Source of the DNA: Octopus bimaculoides
Lineage: Eukaryota
Assembly: GCF_001194135.2 (NCBI RefSeq)
Contig: NC_068994.1
Span: 49,787,174 to 49,829,978 of the forward strand
Reading direction: 5' to 3'
DNA: 42,805 nt
The stretch's first letter is position 1. Every line of letters starts with the position of its first letter. The position numbers and the translations under genes were made by a program. The notes under the pieces are model-generated. The model made no database searches and had not been told where the DNA came from. It was given only the letters and a program-made list of their open reading frames with translations. This document shows, one piece after another, positions 11,601-21,621 of the stretch.

Positions 11601-12669
11601 TCCTTCTATCACAGCTTATCACTGTGACCACTTATTTAATATCTAAAGGACAAAGATAGATAGATAATGAGAAATAGAGAGAGGGAATGTGACGGGGTGA
11701 GGGGGATTAGTGCTATGCGTATCTTCTCTGAGTTCAATCCCGGCTCGGGAACGGGAGCTTGAATTTTTCTTTTTTTCTCATCTTTTTTGCCTTATTATTT
11801 ATAGTTTCCCATTGCTCTCATAAAGAAACAAAACCCTTTATTATATTCTAATNNNNNNNNNNNNNNNNNNNNNNNNNNNNNNNNNNNNNNNNNNNNNNNN
11901 NNNNNNNNNNNNNNNNNNNNNNNNNNNNNNNNNNNNNNNNNNNNNNNNNNNNNNNNNNNNNNNNNNNNNNNNNNNNNNNNNNNNNNNNNNNNNNNNNNNN
12001 NNNNNNNNNNNNNNNNNNNNNNNNNNNNNNNNNNNNNNNNNNNNNNNNNNNNNNNNNNNNNNNNNNNNNNNNNNNNNNNNNNNNNNNNNNNNNNNNNNNN
12101 NNNNNNNNNNNNNNNNNNNNNNNNNNNNNNNNNNNNNNNNNNNNNNNNNNNNNNNNNNNNNNNNNNNNNNNNNNNNNNNNNNNNNNNNNNNNNNNNNNNN
12201 NNNNNNNNNNNNNNNNNNNNNNNNNNNNNNNNNNNNNNNNNNNNNNNNNNNNNNNNNNNNNNNNNNNNNNNNNNNNNNNNNNNNNNNNNNNNNNNNNNNN
12301 NNNNNNNNNNNNNNNNNNNNNNNNNNNNNNNNNNNNNNNNNNNNNNNNNNNNNNNNNNNNNNNNNNNNNNNNNNNNNNNNNNNNNNNNNNNNNNNNNNNN
12401 NNNNNNNNNNNNNNNNNNNNNNNNNNNNNNNNNNNNNNNNNNNNNNNNNNNNNNNNNNNNNNNNNNNNNNNNNNAATAATAATAATAATAATGATAATAA
12501 CAGATCAGTTAAAAAACTGGGGTCGATGGTTCCGACTCATCCCTTTCCTTTAAAATTGCTGTTCTTTGTGCCTTAGAATCTGACCATTTTTATTCTAAGA
12601 GCCCGAAAAATTTTCAAAGCCCTTGTGTCTGCTTCGATGTCTGTAAACGATTATTTTAAATAAGACATT

Positions 12670-12800
12670 CGTGTTCGAATCTCGCCGCTCCCGTCTTTTG
12701 TCTTTCAAACCTTTTCCTCGGATACCAGTCATGTACTGCGGTCAGTTATGCGAACTTTCCTCCACCAAGACTATACCCCCTCCCCTCTCTTCCATCCACC
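12670..12800 (+). mobile_element. Decayed family D SINE fragment
   Basis: GTTCGAATCTCGCCG...TTGTCTTTCA...GATACCAGTCATGTACTGCGGTC aligns loosely with the 17798 copy. Confidence 0.45.
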
Positions 12801-13260
12801 CCATTTTGCTCGCTTCGCTCTTAGAATCGAAGAATTATTATTTAAAACTGGAAAAAAAATAATAATGACTGTAAACAATAACAAGAGATGTTGATATTGG
12901 TGAAGTAGGGTTTTTGTGATGATGATGATGATGATGATGATGGTGATGATAGGGGTAATGTTGATAATGATGATGGGTGATGGGTGCTGACGGAAAAAGC
13001 TTTCTAAACGCGCCTAGCAAAACCATGAACCTCACAACACGTTTTACCCCGCCAAAAAAGANNNNNNNNNNGGAGAGTTTTGATCCCGTTTGAAAGAAAT
13101 AAAGGGTTAAGGTTAGAGGGACGACTTTGCAGACAGACAGACAGAAAAAGGGGCTCCTTTGTCTGCTGGTGGTCGTCGTCGTAGCCATAGTAGTAGTAGT
13201 AGTAGTAGTAGTAGCTGTGATGGGGCCTGGCTCATCGTGGTGGTTATACGGTTAGGGATC

Positions 13261-13460
13261 TTTTTGTTCGGGTCGGTTACGCTTGTACTGTCAGCTTTTG
13301 ATCGGACATTCCAGCCATGACCATCTCGCACTGAAGTGTTTTGCAAGTCTTGGAGACTAACTACGTTGTTAGTTGTTTCGGTCAGTAGGGTAAATAAATT
13401 GAGGGAGATTTTGGTTGCTATTTCTAGCAGATCGAGCGTCCATGTAGAGGCATCGCCCCT
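13261..13460 (-). mobile_element. Family C short element with the best-preserved HDV-like head
   Basis: GATCGGACATTCCAGCCATGACCATC...GAGGGAGATTTTGGTTGCTATTTCTAGCAGATCGAGCGTCCATGTAGAGGCATCGCCCCT. Confidence 0.8.
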
Positions 13461-13548
13461 TAGCTGGTGATGTCGGTGGTGATGGTGGTAGTGGCGGTAG
13501 TGGTTAATGGCAGTGTTTGGTATTACGATGGTAGGACACATGCTGGCT

Positions 13549-13780
13549 GTTGTTTTCCCCCCTCACAGCTCACGTCCATGTTGGCGCTGAGCGAGCAGAC
13601 CCGTGATCGAAACCACTCCAGCTGTGACCATCATGCCTTCCGTTTTTAAACGGTGTTGTATGGTAACTGCGTTATCTAACGTGTTCGTTCTCTCCTTATT
13701 TAAGACGGCCATGGAGCGGGCTGAGGGAAATTTGGCTGCTATTTCAAGCAAGCAAGCCGAGCGACCAGAAGCCCCCCCAT
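13549..13780 (-). mobile_element. Family C short element
   Basis: GAGCAGACCCGTGATCGAAACCACTCCAGCTGTGACCATC...TTTAAGACGG...GAGGGAAATTTGGCTGCTATTTCAAGCAAGCAAGCCGAGCGACC. Confidence 0.8.
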
Positions 13781-14999
13781 GTCAGCTCAGGTGCTGTGTG
13801 GTAATAGTGAGGAGGCTTTGTTTCAGTTAGCGGTATGTCGATATATATATATATATATGTCATCATTTATTGTTGNNNNNNNNNNNNNNNNNNNNNNNNN
13901 NNNNNNNNNNNNNNNNNNNNNNNNNNNNNNNNNNNNNNNNNNNNNNNNNNNNNNNNNNNNNNNNNNNNNNNNNNNNNNNNNNNNNNNNNNNNNNNNNNNN
14001 NNNNNNNNNNNNNNNNNNNNNNNNNNNNNNNNNNNNNNNNNNNNNNNNNNNNNNNNNNNNNNNNNNNNNNNNNNNNNNNNNNNNNNNNNNNNNNNNNNNN
14101 NNNNNNNNNNNNNNNNNNNNNNNNNNNNNNNNNNNNNNNNNNNNNNNNNNNNNNNNNNNNNNNNNNNNNNNNNNNNNNNNNNNNNNNNNNNNNNNNNNNN
14201 NNNNNNNNNNNNNNNNNNNNNNNNNNNNNNNNNNNNNNNNNNNNNNNNNNNNNNNNNNNNNNNNNNNNNNNNNNNNNNNNNNNNNNNNNNNNNNNNNNNN
14301 NNNNNNNNNNNNNNNNNNNNNNNNNNNNNNNNNNNNNNNNNNNNNNNNNNNNNNNNNNNNNNNNNNNNNNNNNNNNNNNNNNNNNNNNNNNNNNNNNNNN
14401 NNNNNNNNNNNNNNNNNNNNNNNNNNNNNNNNNNNNNNNNNNNNNNNNNNNNNNNNNNNNNNNNNNNNNNNNNNNNNNNNNNNNNNNNNNNNNNNNNNNN
14501 NNNNNNNNNNNNNNNNNNNNNNNNNNNNNNNNNNNNNNNNNNNNNNNNNNNNNNNNNNNNNNNNNNNNNNNNNNNNNNNNNNNNNNNNNNNNNNNNNNNN
14601 NNNNNNNNNNNNNNNNNNNNNNNNNNNNNNNNNNNNNNNNNNNNNNNNNNNNNNNNNNNNNNNNNNNNNNNNNNNNNNNNNNNNNNNNNNNNNNNNNNNN
14701 NNNNNNNNNNNNNNNNNNNNNNNNNNNGTTTGATGGACTTAGCTTCTTAAACTACTTTACTCGTTATTTTAAATAAACGATGCGTTTGTTAATTTTGCGA
14801 GATAAAAGAAAGAAAAAGAGTCTCTCACATACATACATACATACATACATACATACATACATACATACAAATAATATATGAGTATATGCGTATATACGTA
14901 CGTGTATGTACATACCTACATCTACATGTATATATTAGATGCATGTCTGGGTACAGGACGTTGCAAACAAAACGTGGACAAAATGATAAACGGAATACA

Positions 15000-15031
<32 letters not shown>

Positions 15032-15816
15032 CACATCTATATAAACATGAGTGTATATATGTACATGTGACTACACACACACATTTTGTACCTGCATGCA
15101 CACACGTGTGTATCTATGTTTGTATATACGCGCTTCCACGTGCCAGCATGCATATCCATACGAAAAAAAAGGGTCCCCCGTCGGTTTTCACGACGAGTAT
15201 TTTCAGTAGTTTGATCATCTGAGCTATAGCTATTCATCGAACTATTGTTTACGCATGTCAGTGGCCGAGTACTCCGCGCACACATTTTTTTTTACTCGTA
15301 ATATAGTTAGTTATGATTGTGCATAGTCAGTTTGACACGCTGTTCGTACGACAATGAATAAATGATAGGAAGTGGACTCAGTCTGACCGGCTTCCGTGCA
15401 GTTTCCCTTCTACTCACGAGGTCTGAGCGTGTGGGTGGTTGGGTGGGTTGACACGGAAATGAGTAAAAAGCACTAATGCCCATGATATACACACACAAAC
15501 GGTACTTTCGAAGCCATTGCCGTCTTTGTTACGAAGAGTTCTCAAGACTCGACCATGTCTTTTTCGTCTGAGCACACACACACACTGTGACACTCACGCA
15601 CGCACACACACACGCATACACAAACGCGCGCGCACGTTTTAAAACGGGAGAACATGTTTATTATACATAAACAGCCACTGCCTGATATGTCAGACCAGTC
15701 TGTGAGCGCGCGCGCGCGTGTATATGTGAGCCTGTGTTACTGCATATGTGTGTGTGTGTGTGTGTGTGTATGTGAAAGTCATGTACTTTATACATATAAA
15801 ACGGAATATTTATATA

Positions 15817-15867
<51 letters not shown>

Positions 15868-16591
15868 GCGAAATTATAAGGATCTTTTTGGACGCTGACT
15901 AATGAGGAATTAATTACGAATTTTCCGTTTGTTTTGTTTTTGTTAATTTTTTCATATATATATATATATATTTATAAAATAAGGATTTAATCAAAAAATA
16001 ATTATACCAGTGGCCTAGTGCGTTCGACCTGTGGTTGAAATCAAGAACATGTCTTAGAGTGGATTATAGGTATTTGACATCTACTTCTAGCCTAGGCTGC
16101 TGGTCTCTTCCAGTAGCCCTTAATTATAATTATATTTAACAGTTAGGTTTTTATATATTTATATATATCCACCTTAAATACCTTATCGTTATGCGCGCGC
16201 GCGTATATATATATATATATATATATATTGTGTATAATGTTTGGTTATGACCATGGGAATATGTTCACACACACACACACACACGTATATATATACATGC
16301 ATTTATGTGTAGTATATATATGTAAATGTGTGTGTGTGTCCAATGATATGTTTATATAGCTATATCGACGCACGGACGTTCGCGCACGCACACACCTATT
16401 TTGCGAACAAAGCAATCACGTGCTTAACAGCAAAACGTGCTCGAATATATATAAGCATGTTTACATGTAAAATGCATTTATGTACCATGCGCTTAGCGTG
16501 CATGTGCTAAAGTTGCTGTTTGTTTTTGTACTTTTTGCGCGCACACACACACACACACATACATACGTACATACATACATGCATTGTGCCT

Positions 16592-16657
16592 GAGAGGGAT
16601 CGTGTATGTGGTCGTGTTTCAACCTGCTGAAAATAGCAGCCAAATCCTTTGGTCACA
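16592..16657 (+). mobile_element. Family C head fragment
   Basis: GAGAGGGATCGTGTATGTGGTCG...ACCTGCTGAAAATAGCAGCCAAATCCTTTGGTCACA. Confidence 0.65.
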
Positions 16658-16715
16658 GGCCACTCCATATGCGTTAATCTGCAATACGCGAACAGACACG
16701 CTCATGTGTTCATGC

Positions 16716-16930
16716 TGTTTAGGCCCAGGTCAACACTAATGTAAAAGACCTTTGATCAAAGGCGTTCTGGCCGTGACCATTGCGTCTTTTTTTTTTAGTG
16801 GGTTTGGGTGTGGGAAAGGGTTATTGTTCAGGACTGCCTCACCTTATTTTCTCACCGATTTTTCTTCGTCTTTTGAAGACAGTAACAGAATGTGATTTGG
16901 GGGTTTATTTCTAGCACGCCGAGCGACTAT
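16716..16930 (-). mobile_element. Family C short element, near full length
   Basis: TGTTTAGGCCCAGGTCA...TTTGATCAAAGGCGTTCTGGCCGTGACCATT...TGTGATTTGGGGGTTTATTTCTAGCACGCCGAGCGACT. Confidence 0.75.
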
Positions 16931-17210
16931 TGCGTCTGTACGCGTTTACGCCCGAATTCGTGTCAATATATTCATGGGTTCCTAGGTGGAGACTGCTTGG
17001 AACAAGGTGTAAACTTCCGACCCAGTTCCACCTCTTTGTTCGTTCAAGTTCAACCTACCTGTATTTGTGACACCGATGATTACTCTTGCGGAAAAGCATG
17101 AACATCGACTCTTCCCGTTTCCTGCCACGCCTTTCCTAACGTGCGTGTACGTGTGTGTATGTGTATATTATTGAAGGACTAGTGGCCCATGGACTCATAA
17201 ATAAGAATGA

Positions 17211-17430
17211 TTTCAAATTTTGGCACAAGGCTTGCAATTTTAGGGTAGCGGGTAAGTCGATTACATCGACCCCGTTGTTCAACTAGTACTTAATTTATCG
17301 ACCCCTAAAGGATGAAAAGAAAAGCTAAACTGAGCAGTATTCAAGTTTAGCGCGCAAAGAACCGGAAGACATACCATTAAGCATTTTGTCCGACGCACAA
17401 ACGTTTCTGGTTCTGACAGCTTGCCGCCTT
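17211..17430 (-). mobile_element. tRNA-headed SINE, family D
   Basis: Minus strand starts AAGGCGGCAAGCTG and contains GGGGTCGATAAATTAAGTACTAG and GGGGTCGATGTAATCGACT. Confidence 0.8.
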
Positions 17431-17797
17431 AGAGAAAGAAAATTGATATAATTTCGCTTTATTTTGTTGGGGGTTAGGGGCCTAATTCTTCGTTGCAGCA
17501 CTAGGGCCCCATGAATACTTTATAAATCACCTGGGTTACATCGGTTTTGCTCCTTTGCCCCAGCCACGATTCGACCTGGTTATATCACCAAACTCTTGCT
17601 TGGGATAGAGTTTATCTCTCACATGGCGGATGAGTGACAGCGAAAGTGGGGCCGCTGTTTCTCTAGAACTAAGCTGATTGACTGCATTTCCAACCCTCAG
17701 CCACCCTGTGGAATGTTGTATCTCTGGTGAATATTAAGAATGTTTTGATGGCAATATACTGAAGGCAATAGTTTTTATTTTAATATTTTTATCAGTC

Positions 17798-18030
17798 AAG
17801 GCGGCGAGCTGACAGAAACGTTAGCATGCCGGATGAAATGCTTAGCGGTATTCTGTCTGTCTTTACGTTCTGAGTTCAAATTCCGCCGAGGTCGACTTTG
17901 CCTTTCATCCTTTCGGTGTCGATAAATTAAGTACCAGTTACGCACTGGGTTCGATGTAATCGACTTAATCCCTTTGTCTGTCTTTGTTTGTCCCCTCTAT
18001 GTTTAGCCCCTTGTGGGTAATAAAGAAATA
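17798..18030 (+). mobile_element. Family D SINE, full length, tail type 1
   Basis: AAGGCGGCGAGCTGACAGAAACGTTAGCA...GAGTTCAAATTCCGCCGAGGTCGACTTTGCCTTTCATCCTTTCGG; B-box-like GAGTTCAAATTC; tail GTTTAGCCCCTTGTGGGTAATAAAGAAATAA. Confidence 0.85.
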
Positions 18031-18235
18031 AGAAACGTTAGCGCGCCTGACGAAATGCTTAGCGGTATTCCGTCTGTCTTTATGTTCTGAGTTCAAATTC
18101 CGCCGAGGTCGACTTTGCCTTTCATCCTTTCGGGGAATCGATAAATTAAGTACCAGTTGCATACTGGGGTCGATCTAATCGACTGGCTCCCTCTCCAAAA
18201 ATCTTGGGCGTTGTGTCTATAGTAGAAAAGAGTAT
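18031..18235 (+). mobile_element. Family D SINE, slightly 5'-truncated, tail type 2, abutting the previous copy
   Basis: Near-identical body to 17798; tail CTGGCTCCCTCTCCAAAAATCTTGGGCGTTGTGTCTATAGTAGAAAAG. Confidence 0.85.
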
Positions 18236-18280
18236 TTCTGTCAGTAGTCTGTCTGTCTGTCTGTCTGTCTGTATGTATGT

Positions 18281-18381
18281 ATTCTTTTACTTGTTTCAGT
18301 CACTTGACTGCGGCCATGCTGGAGAACGGCCTTTCGTCGTGCAAATCGACCCCAGGACTTATTCTTTGTAAGCCTAGTACT
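18281..18381 (-). mobile_element. Family A 3' tail fragment
   Basis: Reverse complement of AGTACTAGGCTTACAAAGAATAAGTCCTGGGGTCGATTTG...CCAGCATGGCCGCAGTCAAGTGACTGAAACAAG. Confidence 0.8.
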
Positions 18382-18420
18382 TGAAAACGGCCGAAATGTT
18401 GCTAAGAGTTTTTGTCCCGG

Positions 18421-18482
18421 GTGCTCAGCATGGCCGCAGTCAAGTGACTGAAACAAATAGAAGAATAAAAGAGTAAAAGAAT
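18421..18482 (+). mobile_element. Family A 3' tail fragment, inverted relative to 18281-18381
   Basis: CAGCATGGCCGCAGTCAAGTGACTGAAACAAATAGAAGAATAAAAGAG. Confidence 0.8.
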
Positions 18483-18861
18483 GCGAATGATGCTGTCCTC
18501 CTTGTACAGGGGAACCTCTGATTAGGGCCAATCGAGGAACAGCCGTAGTTCCAAGATTATCCAAGATTAACCCCCGACAGCGAAAAGCCCGTAAAAATTC
18601 TAACGTTGAGACCCCCAAGGCCAGAGGATTGCAACGATCCCACTATTTCGAGTGGTAACTTCATTTTATCAGACCCTGGAAAGAGGTGAAGAGAAAATAG
18701 GCTGAGGAAAGATTTGAACTATCAATCGCAAGGTGTTTTGACTCTTAGAGCCCTTATGAATTCTGCAGATCTATAATAAATACATGTTGTACATACATAC
18801 ACACTCATATTGGAATCGGTGGACTGCCGTCACACAAACGCCCGCGCACGCACATATATAT

Positions 18862-19240
18862 AGGCGCAGGTGTGTGGTAAGAATTGTGCTTCCCAACTAA
18901 TATGGTTCTGGGTTCTTGTACAAGCATCTTCTACTATATAGCCATGGACCAAGTAAAGCCTTGTGAGTGGATTTGGTAGACGGAAACATACATACATACA
19001 TACGTGTGTTTGTGTTTGACCATCCCCGCCCCACATCTTGACAATCGGTGTTGGTTTGCTTACGTCCCTGTAACTTAGCAGTTCGGCAAAAAAGAGTCAG
19101 ACAGAATAAGTACCAGGTTTGAAAAGAAAATAATTACTCGGGTCGGTTTATTCGACTAAAAAAAAAAAATGTACAAGGTGGTGCTCCAGCATGGCCGCAG
19201 TCTAATGACTGAAACTAGTAAAATAAAATATAAAAAGAAT
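18862..19240 (+). mobile_element. Family A SINE, full composite (head, internal microsatellite, module, tail)
   Basis: AGGCGCAGG-TGTGTGGTAAG...GTGAGTGGATTTGGTAGACGGAAAC-(ATAC)n-...CTTGACAATCGGTGTTGG...GTGCTCCAGCATGGCCGCAGTC. Confidence 0.85.
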
Positions 19241-19268
19241 ATATATACTATATATGTGCATATATGGT

Positions 19269-19573
19269 GGAGGCGCGTTGGCTTAGGGGCGTAAAGTCGT
19301 GAGTTCAATTCCCGGCGACACGTTGTGTCCTTGAGCAAGACACTTTATTTCACGTTGCTCCAGTGCATTCAGCTAGTAAAAATGAGTAGACACTGTATTT
19401 CAAAAAGGGCCAGCATTGTCATACTCTGTGTCACGCTGAACCTCCCCGAGAACTACGTTAAGGGTACACGTGTCTGTGGGGTACTCAGTCACTTGCACGT
19501 TAACATCACTAGCAAGCTGTTCCGTCGATCGGATCAATTAGAACCCTCGTCGTCGTGACTGACGGAGTGCCAC
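19269..19573 (+). mobile_element. tRNA-headed SINE, family E, CORE-like central domain
   Basis: GGAGGCGCGTTGGCTTAG head, GAGTTCAATTCC B-box, then TGTGTCCTTGAGCAAGACACTTTATTTCACGTTGCTCCAGT...TAAAAATGAG, resembling the CORE consensus TGTGACCTTGGGCAAGTCACTT...TGTAAAATGGG as I recall it. Confidence 0.75.
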
Positions 19574-19619
19574 TATCTGCTATATATGTATGTGTATGTA
19601 TGTATGTACTTGTGTGTGT

Positions 19620-19651
<32 letters not shown>

Positions 19652-20606
19652 GTACGAGAAAGGTCAAAAACAAAAAGAAAATAAAAATGCCTGCATATAT
19701 TAACCTACATTCGATATGTGGATGATACATACATGGACAACACAACATGGTTCAATCTATAATAAACACACATGTGTTTATGCTTGTGTGCACATGTGCA
19801 ACATNNNNNNNNNNNNNNNNNNNNNNNNNNNNNNNNNNNNNNNNNNNNNNNNNNNNNNNNNNNNNNNNNNNNNNNNNNNNNNNNNNNNNNNNNNNNNNNN
19901 NNNNNNNNNNNNNNNNNNNNNNNNNNNNNNNNNNNNNNNNNNNNNNNNNNNNNNNNNNNNNNNNNNNNNNNNNNNNNNNNNNNNNNNNNNNNNNNNNNNN
20001 NNNNNNNNNNNNNNNNNNNNNNNNNNNNNNNNNNNNNNNNNNNNNNNNNNNNNNNNNNNNNNNNNNNNNNNNNNNNNNNNNNNNNNNNNNNNNNNNNNNN
20101 NNNNNNNNNNNNNNNNNNNNNNNNNNNNNNNNNNNNNNNNNNNNNNNNNNNNNNNNNNNNNNNNNNNNNNNNNNNNNNNNNNNNNNNNNNNNNNNNNNNN
20201 NNNNNNNNNNNNNNNNNNNNNNNNNNNNNNNNNNNNNNNNNNNNNNNNNNNNNNNNNNNNNNNNNNNNNNNNNNNNNNNNNNNNNNNNNNNNNNNNNNNN
20301 NNNNNNNNNNNNNNNNNNNNNNNNNNNNNNNNNNNNNNNNNNNNNNNNNNNNNNNNNNNNNNNNNNNNNNNNNNNNNNNNNNNNNNNNNNNNNNNNNNNN
20401 NNNNNNNNNNNNNNNNNNNNNNNNNNNNNNNNNNNNNNNNNNNNNNNNNNNNNNNNNNNNNNNNNNNNNNNNNNNNNNNNNNNNNNNNNNNNNNNNNNNN
20501 NNNNNNNNNNNNNNNNNNNNNNNNNNNNNNNNNNNNNNNNNNNNNNNNNNNNNNNNNNNNNNNNNNNNNNNNNNNNNNNNNNAACAGGAATACCACCACC
20601 AGGACA

Positions 20607-20645
20607 AGAACAATCACTACTACTACTACTACTACTACTACTATA

Positions 20646-20677
<32 letters not shown>

Positions 20678-20678
20678 A

Positions 20679-20713
<35 letters not shown>

Positions 20714-20724
20714 ACTACTACTAC

Positions 20725-20780
<56 letters not shown>
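20607..20780. repeat. Compound (ACT)n/(GCT)n microsatellite
   Basis: Alternating blocks of ACT and GCT units in one register. Confidence 0.95.
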
Positions 20781-20781
<1 letters not shown>

Positions 20782-20796
20782 GGGAGCTGCAACGCA

Positions 20797-20900
20797 GCCA
20801 CGCGTCCGTACGGAAATAGCAGCGAAATCGCCTTACCTCTTTAGAAATGGGACACGTTGGTTAATGTTATCTAAGTCTAGTCAAACAATCGAGATATCCG
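20797..20900 (+). mobile_element. Decayed family C fragment
   Basis: GGAAATAGCAGCGAAATC...GGGACACGTTGGTTAATGT. Confidence 0.5.
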
Positions 20901-21293
20901 TGTTTTGATGGAAAGTGTTGGACAGGTGAGGACAAGGTGGGGACGAAAGAACAATCGTGGGAGAGCATGGTTTGTCAGGGCCCATTGAGAATATGCTTTA
21001 TGTACCTAAAACCATTAACGAAAGCATAGTAAATTGCTGTTTATCAAGCCAGCCAACCTCGCTCGCGAGTGACGGCTGTTTGTACTTTTGTGCTGTTGGC
21101 CCGCTCATTCAGGACTGACATGGGGTTTAAACATCACCAACACCCACTTCACCGCCACCGCCACCACCACCACCGTCACCCATCATTTCATGTGTTAGCT
21201 TCTACGTGGTCTCATGGCTTGTTAGTAATAACTGCCGAATACCCCTTAAACCTCACTGTTCCTTATCGATGTCGTGAGTTCTTTGCACTTTGT

Positions 21294-21621
21294 CACGAGT
21301 TCTCAACCATTTTTTTTTATCTGTGGTCCCCCTTGATTACAATTCTATTCCGGTGGGCCCCCTTCTCATAGAAACTTCTTTCAGAATCCCTATTTCGTTT
21401 TTTCACACATTAACTTGTTTTGTAGGTTGAACTACGTATAATGTTATAGAAAGGAAACTTCGTTGTTTCTTGCAATACATACCAATACATACATCTAAAA
21501 CGAAAACTTTTCAGGGGCCCTTCAAATACTAGTGTTGTCAATTTACAATTTTGTTGCATGGATCCCGAAAAGTCTTATATGGACACCCAGGGGCCATATG
21601 GGCCCCGGTTGAGAACCACTG
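21294..21621. mobile_element. hAT-type MITE
   Basis: TIRs CACGAGTTCTCAACC / GGTTGAGAACCACTG (12/15 match); 8-bp flanks CACTTTGT / CACTAGGT (6/8). 8-bp TSDs are characteristic of hAT elements. Confidence 0.7.

Noticed and set aside
13401-13440. Family C hairpin as SRP RNA helix 8
   Set aside because: It lacks the asymmetric loop motif (CAGG...GNRA...AGCA in the SRP register) and the remaining SRP helices; the HDV-like order explains more of the sequence.
15706-16203. (CG)n runs within alternating purine-pyrimidine tracts as Z-DNA elements
   Set aside because: They are short and part of the general dinucleotide-repeat background, with nothing locus-specific.
17698-17765. SATLWNVVSL as a LINE APE-endonuclease start (TWNV.SL)
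   Set aside because: The match is too short, stops flank it on both sides and no further endonuclease motifs follow.
17798-19340. SINE heads as functional tRNA genes
   Set aside because: They have A/B-box-like motifs but no complete cloverleaf, and they continue into SINE bodies.
20961-20980. GAG CAT GGT (EHG) as Mxd exon 2
   Set aside because: It continues L-S rather than Y-A-S, lacks the preceding Ala codon and has no polypyrimidine acceptor.
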